Origin: the human T2T-CHM13v2.0 reference genome, Homo sapiens
DNA length: 64,000 nt
Assembly: GCF_009914755.1 (NCBI RefSeq)
Contig: NC_060926.1
Direction: 5' to 3' (one strand)
The translations under genes and the position numbers were made by a program. Positions 15,206-39,681 of the stretch are shown here, one piece after another. The notes below the pieces were generated by a model. That model did not search any database. It had not been told where the DNA came from and saw only the letters and a list, made by a program, of their open reading frames with translations. Within the stretch, counting starts at the first letter, position 1, and the number at the start of each line of letters is the position of its first letter.

Positions 15206-15402
15206 GGGAGGGAGGGAGGGAGGGAGGGAGGGAGGGAAGGAAGGAAGGAAGGAAGGAAGGAAGGAAGGAAGGAAGAAAGAGAAGGAAAGAGAAAGAAAGA
15301 AAGAAAGGAAGGAAGGAAGGAAGGAAGGAAGGAAGGAGAGAGAGAGAGGAAGGAAGGAAGGAAAGAAAGAAAAAGAAAAGAAAAGACGGAAGAGAAGGGA
15401 AG
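15081..15402. repeat. Compound polypurine microsatellite (GAAA)n-(GGGA)n-(GGAA)10...(GGAA)7
   Basis: About 320 nt almost purely purine on the + strand. Confidence 0.95.
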
Positions 15403-16054
15403 GGCAGGACAGGGCTCGGCAAATTAAAAATGATGGTTCATGGTGGTTAGGTGTAAATGGGCCTTAGTCATGCCTTCTTAGCTTCCCTTGGCTGGGACCC
15501 AGAGGTCACCACACACACTATAGAGGATTAGGGAGGTAGCTGAGTTAAGAACCAGAGGTCATCATAGTGGTACAGTGGTGTTCAGTCTATGCCAGGAATC
15601 AGATGGATGCTGGAGGTGAGATTCAGACAGGTACACCAAGGAGACCTGAATCACAAAAAGGAGCACCAGGACCTGAGTAAAAACCAAAGAACAAAACATA
15701 GGGTCAGCTCCAATTCCAGGGATATGAGCGCAAGGGACCCAGGAATCAGACTAGCCAACCCACCTCACAGCAGAGCCCACCGAAGCCCCACACAAGAGCA
15801 CTAGGATCCAGGCACACATCCCAGGCCTCCTCCCCGCTGCTAGGTGGTCACACGAGAAAGCTTCCCACGCTGTCTGCAATCTTGTTCCTTTAGTTGTTGT
15901 TTTAGGAGGGAGTAGAAACAACGGAGCCTAAGATACCCAGAATCAGATTCTCAAGTCACAGAGGAAACTCCCTAGAATCGTTTGCTAACACTTAAAATAA
16001 CATCTAACATTTATCAGGTACTTACATGTGCCAAGAATTCATATGAAGTAATAA

Positions 16055-16527
<473 letters not shown>

Positions 16528-17240
16528 GTTAAACCTCACAATAACTCTAAAACAGAGACACTATTACATTTAACATTTTATGCTGAGAAACCTGAAGCCA
16601 AGAGAAATTAAATAATTTGCCCAAGACTACCAGGTGTATAAAATAGTGGAGTTGGGCTTTGACCCCACAGATAGAACTCTGGGGTTCACACTCAGACTAC
16701 TAAACTCTGTTGCCTGTAGTAGCTTGAAGAACTCCAGAGGTATGATACCAATAGCTCCTTGGGGTTGGCCTAACCATTCCCAACCACAGCTCCTTTCCTT
16801 GAATTAGGATTTAGGTGATGAACAAATCATTCAAGAGTCCAGGGTTGTCAACTCTCCACTGTTGAGTCAAATATCATGTCGAATACCGACAGTGTTTCCA
16901 TTGGGTTTTTTTTTTTTTTTTGGCCACCACCAACACCATGTGACATCAGTGGCAGATCTCAGAAGATAAAATGAGTGCTGCTCCAATGTATTCAGTGTAG
17001 TCTGCTTCTCAAATTCAGAGCGCAGGTTGCTCGGTTGCTGGAGAAGCAATGTATGCCTGCCATCACTACTCTGTGGATACCACACTGGGGCTGTTACCCA
17101 TTGCATTGAGTCACAAAGGCATTGCAGGGCCTATGTGACTTAGGTGGACCCCTACCCTGCTTTTGTTGCCCAGTGCAATGCCTATGTGACTTAGCAAAAT
17201 TCCTACTCTGCTTTGACTCTGCATATTTTCAGAAAACAGG

Positions 17241-17985
<745 letters not shown>

Positions 17986-20249
17986 AGACCTGGTAGTAGG
18001 GTTGTGCTGGCAGCAGCAACCCACCCCCTCCATCTCGTACCCATTTTCTGCTCCATTCGAGAAGCCTCTGCAGCATCTCCAGGGCACGCTCTCTCCCAGC
18101 ACAACCATGTGTTGCATATTTTTAGAAATAACCACACTTGCTATGGGTAACCCAGAGACTGGAGCAACAGGGCTCCAGATTCCAATTCTGAATTTGTGAT
18201 AAGAACCCTTGAAAATGTGTTTAACCTTTATGTACCTTCATTACCACAAAACTGAAGGGACTGCAACATACCAGTATCATTTATAGGCTTGTTGCATGGT
18301 TATTTCTTGAGCAAGTGTTGATGTTCATGTGATTCTCCAACACCCTCTCCATCAGCATCTGCTTCCCTCAGCACTCTCAAGACAGAGCCATATCCTTGCT
18401 GCTGCTGACAGTGCCCATAAAGAAAGCCAGGTCTGTGCAAAGCCTGCAGACCGCTGATGCTCCTAGAGTCTCTGGTCCACTGGGTACCACAGCTGAGGAG
18501 AATTCTGTGCACAGCCATGCTTTGTTCCTAAGCAATTCTGCTTGTGCCTAAAGATTCCCAAAGTCTCTCATAAATAGTTTTGCAGTTTCTTGCTCTCACC
18601 TCTTGCTGGGAATGCCTCAAAGTCTCATGAAGCCAACTCCTCTGTTTCTGGCCTCACTGTTCTAACCATGGGTCTCTGACACCTTCCAAGAGGGCAGGCA
18701 AGGAACAGAGACTGTGCCTCTCCCCCACCATTCACCTCTGAGGCCTTGCTTGCAATGAATCCTACCTGTCTTCCCCACAGGGGCCTGGATGTTTGACCAA
18801 CCCAGCACAAAACAAGGAGACAACAACAGGTGCAAATTGACACTGGGAAGAGGGAGGCAGGAGCTGAAAGGGACTTGAAAAAGAAATATTGTCCTCACTA
18901 GCTATATTTTGGCCCCAGCTTGGTAGGTCAAAGTTGCCCCATAGCAGATGTTTATAATAATCATAGTTAGTAATTTCAGCATAGATTAAGTATTTTCCTC
19001 CTGTTCTTATTTTAAGTAGGGAGAACCAAGAATATGCAGGTCCATATGGGAAAACAGCATTTTTAGATTCTAGTTCACGGGCATATTTAAATCTGAAGGT
19101 CAAGACCTATACCACCCTTGTATCCCAAATTAGGGCTCTCTCCTTACATACGTTCATGTTTTCCTTTATTTCATCCTTAATTGATGGTGACTGAGAGGAT
19201 TTTATCACATACAGGTCAATGACAAAAAGCTAGAAGGAATTCACCATGTCTGTAGGTTGGGTACTTGTTCTCTACAAGATTGGCAGGTTATTTCTCTCAT
19301 AAAAGTTGCAATTGTGTAAAAGAACACAGACTCTTTCAGTCTAATTCTTTGACAAGGAGAACTACTGTTGAGTGGTTTTAATATCATAATGCTTATATGA
19401 AAACTGGAGAGCTGGTAGCCATTCTGCAGGGAGCCGAAAGCAGTGGAGATTAAGCACTATATTCAGAAGACTGCTACGTGGCTATTTCCCCCAAGTAAAT
19501 CAGGAGAGTTCCAGGAGACCACTGCAGTTCCAGGTACACACCCAGACGCTCTCAGAAGGGTGGAAGCAAAATAACAGGCCTCTGATGAAAAGTCAGGAAG
19601 ATGAATATTATGGGATGAAGGAGCTCCTTGTGAGCAGTTGAGAATGGGAAAGAGGGACTAAGAGGAAGTCAGGTTTATGAAGGTGTAACTGAAGCAAAGG
19701 AGTATCCATTGTGTGTCCAGTGGGAGGAAAGAGAAATTAGGCACCAAAAATTCTGGAATGAAAAAAAAAGAAATAATGGAATGTACTCAAGTCCAATATG
19801 ATTCTGGAGAATCCGAACCCAATCACTAGACAATGGAGGTCCCAAGCCCCACAAGCAAGGAATGAAGAATAACATCTTACTTTCTGGTCTATCCTTTCCA
19901 GCATTCACTAAAGCAATTCCCCAAAGCAGTAATTTGGCCAGCTATTCATTCCCCGTTGCGGGGCTGGGAGAAGGACGCAGACAATGAAGGTGGGAGGGAA
20001 ATAGAAAGGACAACAGCAGCAAATACTTTAATAGAGGAGAGATTTATGAGGTGCTGCTGGGGAAACAGAAAGAAATGTAGGAGCTACAGGGGGTGGGGAT
20101 CTGGTAGACCCAGCCTGGGGGAGCAGTGTCTGCACTGGGCTTGCAAATAGTGATCACAGCCAAAAGGTACTTTGTAGGATTGAGATCCTTTGATAATCTG
20201 GACCCTTTACAGTTCAATAAGCATGGTGATTTAAGTCTAAGACTGCAAA

Positions 20250-22110
<1,861 letters not shown>

Positions 22111-23195
22111 CTGGCATTGATGAGAACACTGGGCATGACTTCTAAGCACACTCTGACCTACCATCTCCTCTTTTTCTCCTATAATCCACTTGTCACGAGG
22201 TAAATGCCCCTTTCACTTGGGTATAACTAAAGTAATGAAGGCCTTTATACAACAGGAACCCCCGAGAACCCGTCAAGAATTCTACAGTTCCCAGAGAAAT
22301 TAATGTGAGCTACATGTGGTTTATATTGAAACAAGCCACCAATTGAGAAGCTTAAGTTACACCATGGATGGTGAGAAAGGACCTTCCAGTTATCACTAAG
22401 CATCAGGCATGTGCTGTCCTTGTTCTTCCCTTGACCTGGGTTGTGTACAGAGTTCCTGGGTTTCAGCGATGCCTTGCTGCATGGTTGAAAATCCTGTTTA
22501 TCTTATTGTCACATGCATCCTTATAATATAGCCCCCCATAAATTGAAGTGACTTGAATAAATGTTGGGTTTTTCCCCTCAGAAAATCAATTTAGCCAGGA
22601 GACAGGATTGGGAGACTGAATGAAACCTGAAGCTTCGTTTTGTTTGATGCTCATATAGTTGGCTTACAAAGTGATTTTTTTAATTTTTAAATTAATTACA
22701 AACAATTAAAATCAGAAAATTACACACATTTTTAAAAGTGTGACCCATCTCTACAAAAAAATTAAAAATTACCTGGGTGTAGTGGTACATGGCTATAGTC
22801 CTAGCTACCTGGGAGGCTGAGGGTGGGTGGATTGCTAAGCCCAGGATGTCAACACTGCAGTGAGCCATCATCGTGCCACTGCATTTTAGCCTAGGCAACA
22901 AACCAAGACACTGCCTCAAAAAAAAAAAAAAAAAAAAAGTAGATTTCTGGTTTAAAAAACTATCTGAAGATCTGACCACCGGAGCCAGTCTACTTATATA
23001 GTGACCACTGTCTGAAGCTGACTAGTGGGTCCCCCTTTGATCAGAAATAGATTCTCCAACTTGCCACAGACTCCATTTCACACTTGTGCTATCTGCCTGG
23101 CCCATCTCAAGCATTTGAACTCATGGCCCCTGGCTACCTAATCAAAAATGCCCATGGAGTTACCTAATGGACCTAACTCAAGAGTCATAGCCAGT

Positions 23196-24290
23196 ACAGT
23201 AACCAAAACAGCACGGTAGCAGTACCAAAACAGACACATAGACCAATGGAACAGAATAGAAAGCCCAGAAATAATGCCACACTCCTACAACCATCTGATC
23301 TTTGACAGAGTTGACAAAAACAAGCAATGGGGAAAGGACTCCCTATTCAATAAACGGTTCCAGGATAACTGGCTAGCTATATGTGGAAGATTGAAACTGG
23401 ACCCCTTCCTTACACCATATATAAAAATCAACTCAAGACCAATTAAAGATTTAAACATAAAACCTAAAACCATAAAAACCTTGGAAGATAACCTAGGAAA
23501 TACCATTCTGGACATAGGACTGGGCAAAGATTTCATGACAAAAATGCCAAAAACAACTGCAACAAAAACAAAAATTCATAAATGGAACCTAATTGAACTA
23601 AAGTTTCCACACAGCAAAAGAAACTATCAACAGAGTAGTAAACAGACAACCTACAGAATGGGAGAAACTATTTGCAAACTATACTCGTGACAAAGGTCTA
23701 ATAACCAGAATCTATAAGGAACTTAAATTTACAAGCAAAAAACAAACAACTCCATTAAAAAGTGAGCACAGGACAAGAACAGACACTTTTCAAAAAAAGA
23801 CATACATGTGGCCAACAAGCCACAAAATGCTCAACGTTACTAATCACTAGAGAAATGCAAATCAAAACCACAATGAGATACCATCTCACACCAGTCACAA
23901 TGGGTATCATTAAAAAGTCAAAAAATGCAGCCATAAAAAGAATGAGATCATGTCCTTCGCAGGGACATGAATGAAGCCGGAGGCCATTATCCTTAGTGAA
24001 CTAACACTGGAACAGAAACCAAGTCCTGCGTGTTCTCACTTATAAATGGGAGCTAAACATCAAGTACACATGGACACAAAGAAGGGAACAACAGACACTC
24101 AGGCCGACTTGAGGATGGATGGTGGGAAGAGGATGGTGGGAAAAACTACCTATCTGGCACTATGCTTATTACCTGGATGATGAAATAATCTGTAGACCAA
24201 ACCCCAGTGACATGCAATTAACCTATATAACAAACCTGCTCATGTAACCCTGAACCTAAAGTAAGAGTTAAAAAAAACAAAAACAAAAAC
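23196..24290 (+). mobile_element. 5'-truncated old primate L1 (L1PA15/16- or L1PB-like), ORF2 end plus 3'UTR, internally deleted
   Basis: ORF2-like peptide ([28 protein letters not shown]) with frameshifts, 3'UTR and A tail. TSD-like GT(C/T)ATAGCCAGT at ~23184 and 24901. Confidence 0.9.
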
Positions 24291-24297
24291 GCAAGTT

Positions 24298-24912
<615 letters not shown>

Positions 24913-25307
24913 TCAGAGAATGAAAAGCAAATACATTGATGAGGGATTTCAGGAGATCAGAGACATGAGTCCCATCTCCAAAGAAAAAAACACCCTGAAC
25001 CTCACAGCCCTCCTCCCTCTCCCCACAAACCTTGGGAAGCTGGCCAACCCTGATAGCAGAAGAGTAGAGAATAAAACATCCCCTTGTTTCTAGTGTACAA
25101 CAGTCACTGAGTCATGGGAAGCCCCGGAGCGCTAGATCTGATTACCTGCTGATCATGATTTCAGCTTGCAGAACAAGCCTGTTCCCATTAGTGACAGTAT
25201 ACAATTACTAGCTGACATGCTTACAGGGATCTTACCACAATATTCTTTTCAGGAATGTATTTCTTCTACCATCCTCTACCCACAGACACACACACATCCT
25301 ATTTTGA

Positions 25308-27623
<2,316 letters not shown>

Positions 27624-28174
27624 TAAAACTCATCTTTCTTGTTGGATGGTGGGGCACAAAACTGAAAGAAAGCCTAGGAGGGATATTTCCACCAATTATT
27701 TTCAGTAAGTGTGTAATGCCAAACTCAGTACTATGTAAAGCTAGTAAAGTGTAGTAGCTTAACATCTCAGGATCTCAGTCCAGAAATAGTATTCAATATG
27801 AGCAAAAATATGCATAGCATGACATAGTGCTGCATGTTGAAACACGCCATTGAGTACAAATCCTTTAGCTTATGAGAGGACAGAAATAGTTCTTAAAAAT
27901 TAGTACGGCTTCTTAAAAAATTAGCCAAAAGGGGAACTAAGTGTCCTAGAGATTAGTGTGGCCTTCGGAGCAATTTCTATCAAACTGGATTCAGCCATAA
28001 GGAAATCGGGTTAGTGTTGTAAGATCAGACATTTTGACTCCGAAACATTTCTTTAAGCATGGAGGGACACCACAGTGCTCTTTCCTAACAAGCCAGAGCA
28101 AGAGTCTTCTGTTTTTGCTTTCTGGTAGTCTAAGGTACATGCCTCAGAAAATGCAGTTGAAAATAAAAGGGCTG

Positions 28175-30580
<2,406 letters not shown>

Positions 30581-31456
30581 GATTTCTGTTAATGGAAAAT
30601 TGAAGCCTAGACAAGTTGTGGAAATTGACTTCCAATAGTCTTTGACTAGGACCAGGAATTTCATGCTTCCTAAGTCCCTGTTCTGTCACTGATTCTCTAG
30701 GCAATTTTAGAAAAACATTATTCCTATTATTATTCCTATTACCTCTATTTCTAAAAATAGTGAAGTTAGCTCTCATTCTTCATTCACCGTCATTAGATTT
30801 GCCTTTAAGGTGAAATATGTGAAATTGTGCTGCAGTCAATGCTTTTGACATTAAATCAAAATGACAATTAAAGTCCCTCACCATTTTCATGACAGGTGAA
30901 AAAGTCTACTGCACTGAGGGAGTGTGTTATTACTGTCCAACCTCAATCGTTATCATTCGGTCATAATTAGCCTGACTGGTAAACCACAAGTGAAGTTTGG
31001 GCTCTCTGTCATAAACCTTCATATGGAACCCAAGCTCTCTTTTCCTTCCATCTGAGAGAGAGGTGCTTTCTCATACCTTACATGGATGAATTCTTTTGTT
31101 CTAAGGAGCCAGGAGAAATAACAAGATTTAGAAATATGAGACCAAATGAGAAAAGAGCTGGTCTTGACAGAAGAAGACGGCTGCTGTCACTTATTGGCTG
31201 GAAAATTTTGGATAAGCCATCCCACCTCAATTTACTTAATTTGTTTTAAAGATGAGTCTCAATTTACTCATCTTTAAAACAGGGACATTAACTACCCCTC
31301 TCCTACTTACCTCATTGGTTGTTTTAAGGTGGAAATGAGACTATGTATGTAAAAATCTTTTGAAAAGTAAAAAGTACAGATGCAAAATATTATAATTATG
31401 TAAGAATGCTGTCAGTGAACTCTATTGGAGTCCTTAAAAAATGAGTGTCCATGGCT

Positions 31457-33270
31457 CTCGCTCTCCCTCTCCCTCTCTCTCTCCCTCTCCCTTTCCCTCT
31501 CCCCTCTCTCCCTCTCCCCACGGTCTCCCTCTCCCTCTCTCTCTCCCTCTCCCTTTCCCTCTCCCCTCTCTCCCTCTCCCCACGGTCTCCCTCTCCCTCT
31601 CTTTCCACGGTCTCCCACTGATGCCGAGCTGAAGCTGGACTGTACTGCTGCCATCTCGGCTCACTGCAGCCTCCCTGCCTGATTCTCCTAACTCAGCCTG
31701 CCGAGTGCCTGCGATTGCAGGCGTGCGCCACCACGCCTGACTGGTTTTCGTATTTTTTTGGTGGAGACGGGGTTTCGCTGTGTTGGCCAGGCTGGTCTCC
31801 AGCTCCGAACTGCGAGTGATCCGCCAGCCTCGGCCTCCCGAGGTGCCGGGATTGCAGACGGAGTCTGGTTCACTCAGTGCTCAATGGTGCCCAGGCTGGA
31901 GTGCAGTGGCGTGATCTCGGCTCGCTACAACCTCCACCTCCCAGCTGCCTGCCTTGGCCTCCCAAAGTGCCAAGATTGCAGCCTCTGCCCGGCCGCCACC
32001 CCGTCTGGGAAGTGAGGAGCGTCTCTGCCTGGCCGCCCATCGTCTGGGACGTGAGGAGCCCCTCTGCCTGGCTACCCAGTCTGGAAAGTGAGGAGCGTCT
32101 CTGCCCGGCCGCCATCCCATCTAGGAAGTGAGGAGCGCCTCTTCCCGGCCGCCATCCCATCTAGGAAGTGAGGGGCGTCTCTGCCCGGCCGCCCATCGTC
32201 TAAGATGTGGGGAGCGCCTCTGCCCCGCCACCCCGTCTGGGATGTGAGGAGCGCCTCTACCCGGCCGCGACCCCGTCTGGGAGGTGAGGAGCGTCTCTGC
32301 CCAGCCACCCCGTCTGAGAAGTGAGGAGACCCTCCGCCTGGCAACCGCCCCATATGAGAAGTGAGGAGCCCCTCCGCCCGGCAGCCACCCCGTCTGGGAA
32401 GTGAGGAGCGTCTCTGCCCGGCAGCCACCCCATCCGGGAGGGAGGTGGGGGTCAGCCCCCGCCAGGCCAGCCCCCCCGTCCGGGAGGGAGGTGGGGGGAT
32501 CAGCCCCCCGCCCGGCCAGCCGCCCCGTCCGGGAGGGAGGTGGGGGGGTCAGCCCCCCGCCCGGCCAGCCGCCCGTCCGGGAGGGAGGTGGGGGAGTCAG
32601 CCCCCCGCCCGGCCAGCCGCCCCGTCCGGGAGGGAGGTGGGGGGGTCAGCCCCCCGCCCGGCCAGCTGCCCGGTCCGGGAGGTGAGGGGCGCCTCTGCCC
32701 GGCTGCCCCTTCTGGGAAGTGAGGAGCCCCTCTGCCCAGCCACCACCCCGTCTGGGAGGTGTACCCAACAGCTCATTGAGAACGGGCCATGATGACAATG
32801 GCGGTTTTGTGGAATAGAAAGGGGGGAAAGGCGGGGAAAGGATTGAGAAATCGGATGGTTGCCATGTCTGTGTAGAAAGAGGTAGACACGGGAGACTTTT
32901 CATTTTGTTCTGTACTAAGAAAAATTCTTCTGCTTTGTGATCCTGTTGATCGGTGACCCTACCCCCAACCCTGTGCTCTCTGAAACATGTGCTGTGTCCA
33001 CTCAGGGTTAAATGGATTAATGGTGGTGCAAGATGTGCTTTGTTAAACAGATGCTTGAAGGCAGCATGCTCGTTAAGAGTCATCACCACTCCCTAATCTC
33101 AAGTACCCAGGGACACAAACACTGCGGAAGGCCGCAGGGTCCTCTGCATAGGAAAACCAGAGACCTTTGTTCACTTGTTTATCTGCTGACCTTCCCTCCA
33201 CTATTGTCCTATGACCCTGCCAAATCCCCCTCTGTGAGAAACACCCAAGAATGATCCATTAAAAAAAAAA
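31457..33270 (+). mobile_element. Full-length SVA retrotransposon (probably SVA_D-like)
   Basis: CCCTCT hexamer head, antisense Alu-like domain, GC-rich VNTR, SINE-R and poly(A). TSD AAAAAATGAGTGTCCATGGCT at 31436-31456 and 33271-33291. Confidence 0.96.
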
Positions 33271-33287
33271 AAAAAATGAGTGTCCAT

Positions 33288-33918
<631 letters not shown>

Positions 33919-34212
33919 CTAGAAGGTTTCTTTGGTTGGGTGGTCAGGGAAGGTCTCCTTGAGAACCTCTGAGAAGGTGGCAACATGTGAGCTACATCTT
34001 GAATATGAGAATGAAATTCTGGGGAAAGAGTGCTCCAAGCAAAGGGAAGAGCAGATGCAAAGATGCTGAGATGGTGGGAGGCCGAGGCAGGCAGATGACC
34101 TGAGGTCAGGAGCTCAAGACCAGCCTGGCCAACATGGTGAAATTCCCGTCTCTACTAAAAATACAAAAATTAGCTGGGCATGGTGGCACGTTCCTGTAAT
34201 CCCAGCTACTCA

Positions 34213-34803
34213 GGGATCGATAGAAATGTTCAGGTTAAGATAAAAGATTGTGGAGGCCAAAGTTCCTTTGAGGTCTTACAGTGACTGTCCTTAGAGACAA
34301 TAGATGAGAAATGTTTCCTATTCAGACCTTTAAAAGGTACTAGACTCTTAGTTAATCTCTTTAGGATTAGGAGGGCCTTTTTCTAGCTACAAAAAGATCT
34401 AGCTATGTTAATAAAGATTCTTTACAGATTCAAATTCTCCCCCACAAAGGACAGCTTTGCAAGGTCAGTTTGGTGTGGTGGCTCATGCCTGTAACCACAA
34501 CACTTTGGGAGGTAAGGCAGGCAGATCACTTGAGGTCAGGAGTCTGAGACCAGCCTGACCAACATGGTGAAAACTCAACCAATTGTCAACCAGAAAATGT
34601 TTAAATTTACCTATAGTATTTCTCAAATGTGTTTGATTGATGTCTCATACCTCCCTAAAATGTATAAAACCAAGCTGTGCCCCAACCATCTTGGGCACGT
34701 GTTCTCAGGACCTCCTGGGGTCTGTGTCACGGGCTCTGGTCACTTATATTTGGCTCAGAATAAATATCTTCAAATATTTTACAGTTGGACTCTTTTTGTC
34801 TAC
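34213..34803. mobile_element. MER4-family LTR in two oppositely oriented pieces separated by an Alu left-arm fragment
   Basis: 34213-34466 reads as MER4 on the minus strand; 34571-34803 reads as the MER4 3' part on the plus strand (recalled consensus). Confidence 0.7.
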
Positions 34804-34804
34804 A

Positions 34805-35133
34805 CAACTCACCATAATGTAGAATCAGTGGGAGCCCTGAGCTCGTTTTCCCGCAACTAGATGGTCCCATCTGGGGGTGATAGGAGAGAGTGACAGATCA
34901 TCAGGCATTAGATTCTCATAGGAAGTGTGCAACCTAGATCCCTCGCATGGGCGGTTCACAATAGCATTCACACTCCTATGAGAATCTAATGCCACTGCTG
35001 ACCTAACAGGAGGCAGAGATCAGGCATAAGGCAAACAATGGGGAGCAGCTGTAAATAGGGATGAAGCTTCGCTCGCCCTGCTCACTTCCTGCTGTGTGGC
35101 CTGGTTCCTGTGGCCCAAGGGTTGGGGACCCCT
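34805..35133. mobile_element. MER1A-like hAT-Charlie element (truncated)
   Basis: CAGGCATTAGATTCTCATA...TATGAGAATCTAATGCC internal palindrome and GGTTGGGGACCCCTG terminus. Confidence 0.85.
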
Positions 35134-36995
35134 GGAGTAGGGAGAGGGTATAGATAGAAAAGAGAGCACGAGACTAAGACCTATTCATAGCAGAGGAAGA
35201 ACTGGCAGCAAAAGACTTTTCCCCAGGAAAATTGCTGTGCGATCATATAATCAGGCCTGCCTTCAACTTGGAATATTTTGGACAAACACCAAACAGAGAT
35301 TCAGAGGTGGCTTCACTGTAAAGCTAATGAAGCATTATCTTCAGGGTGCTTCACTTGTGCAAGCCCTTTCCGAGGCCCTGGGAGGCACCCCAGCTTCTTG
35401 TAATCAAATTTTGCATTTTTTCTTTAAAAGAACTTTCCCCAAACCTGCCCCTCCACCCTTGAATACATCCAAATGTCATTGCAAATTTCTGACCTTCAGC
35501 AACAAGTCAGTACCTAGAGGTTTGTAAATACGCTTCCTTTGGTAGGCTCAGAGTCCTTCCATCCAGCACAGAAAGTCTGACATTGACGTACATATCTTTT
35601 TTACTTTTTATGTTTTTGAGACGGAGTTTCGCTCTTGTTGCCCAGGCTGGAGTGCAATGGCGCAATCTCGGTTCACCGCAACCTTGGCCTCCCGGATTCA
35701 AGGGCTTGTTCCCTTGGGGGAAAACAAAACAAAACAAAACTCTTCCTGAAGTCCCAACCAGAAGCAAAACTTTCCCAGCCCTGTCTCAGGCCATTTGTCT
35801 GTCAGGCCTCTGGATGGTGGAGTTGGTCTCAGTGTTTACTAAACAAACCAATGTGGTTATCCCATCGAGATCTGAAAGAGAAAGACAAAAAATTAGCATA
35901 AATACAAGGCCACCTATTCAATTAAAGCTGCAAACCAGGGCAGCTAGAAAGCTGAATATAAAACAGTCAGGGAGAGTTTTAATACAAGTGAGTTACATAA
36001 CTTGAGACATGCTTGAGACTCAAACAAAGGCATTCTTATCTCAAGGTTAAAGGAAGGAAGGAAGACCAGCAACAGTTTCCAAGCACTTTTCCTATAAACT
36101 TTCTACCAACAATGAGACTCAACAGTTGGGAACTGGCGGGGGTGGGGAGGACAGAAACCTCCACAGCTAATCATTCCTTTGGGTTAATTAGGACGTCCTC
36201 TGCATAAGGTGTGGTTCCCTACTGGTGGTGGAGTCACAGGCTTTCAAAATTATCACCATTTCACAACCCAGGAACTGCTCCAGTTGGAAGCAACCTTTGA
36301 GACCATATGGCCAACCCCCTCCTGTTACGGATAAAAAACACCAAAGGTCATTCAGCTAGTTACTACAGAACAGGGACTAGAACCCTTGTGGTCCAGGCCA
36401 GTGCCACTTCCACCCCTGTGCCTGCACCTTCAGACACATCCACAGACCATCTGTCAGCAGCCCACGGCTGGGAGGGCAACTGAGTATAGCCTCTCCAACA
36501 AATTTGCTGGTGCTAGACTTGACCCTCCTTCCCTGAAGCCTTCCCTTTCTCCTGTTTTTTTTCCTCCTCTCTTCTTTCAGCCCTCTTTTCTTTGTTCACC
36601 TGCATCTATGTCCTCAACCCACTGATGGCATAAAGAGGTCCCTAAGCATTGTTTTAATTTGCCAGTGGCACTGGGAGGCGCTGGGATCTGGGGACAAAAT
36701 GTTTCCTCCAGGCCAACTCCTGGAAGAGGTCAACTCCCTCTTTTCCATCTCTTCCAGCCTAAGCCTTGAGAATCAGTGACAGAACAAGGAGTTAAAAAGC
36801 ATAAAATTCCTGATCCTAGTCAAAGACTGTTGAAAGTCAACTTCACAGCTCTTGTGGGCTTTAATTCTCCATTAATAGAAATCTTTAAGGAAATGTTGAT
36901 GCATTTGTAGTACTTGAGTGTGACCCTTCTATGAATGTTTTTACCAGAAAACTGTTTCAGGCAAAACCTTCCACAAAATAATTACATTTTTGTAG

Positions 36996-39255
<2,260 letters not shown>

Positions 39256-39635
39256 TGGTGGCTTCTGATTGCACTTCTAGAAGCCACCATCCACCTTTAC
39301 TGCGTGTAGCCAAAGGAAAGCACCATAGCGCATCTCCATGGTGTTTCCTCATGGATGTTGTTGAAAACGGGTTGTATTCATTATGCAAGATGTCTTTATG
39401 AGGGTTCTCAGGATAAATTTCGTTTTGGTCCTGATACCAAGGATAGACATACTTTTCTTGAGCAATTATGCTACCTTTCAGGATTTTAAAAGATATGCAA
39501 GCAGTCTTCAGAACCCAGCCACATATTGTGGATAGATCCCCACCCAGATCCTAGTTCAAGAGGCCTGATCCCAGCCCAAAAGCAAATCCCTGGATCTGAG
39601 TTTCTGTTGACATATCATTCATTCAACAATAAATC

Positions 39636-39681
<46 letters not shown>

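Noticed and set aside
14994-15467. KER-rich 145-aa and FLS-rich 142-aa ORFs
   Set aside because: Translations of the polypurine microsatellite.
23274-23690. 138-aa ORF resembling a retroelement protein
   Set aside because: Frameshifted fragment of L1 ORF2 in a truncated, dead element.
31396-33254. Stack of ORFs on both strands
   Set aside because: SVA hexamer, VNTR and SINE-R translations.
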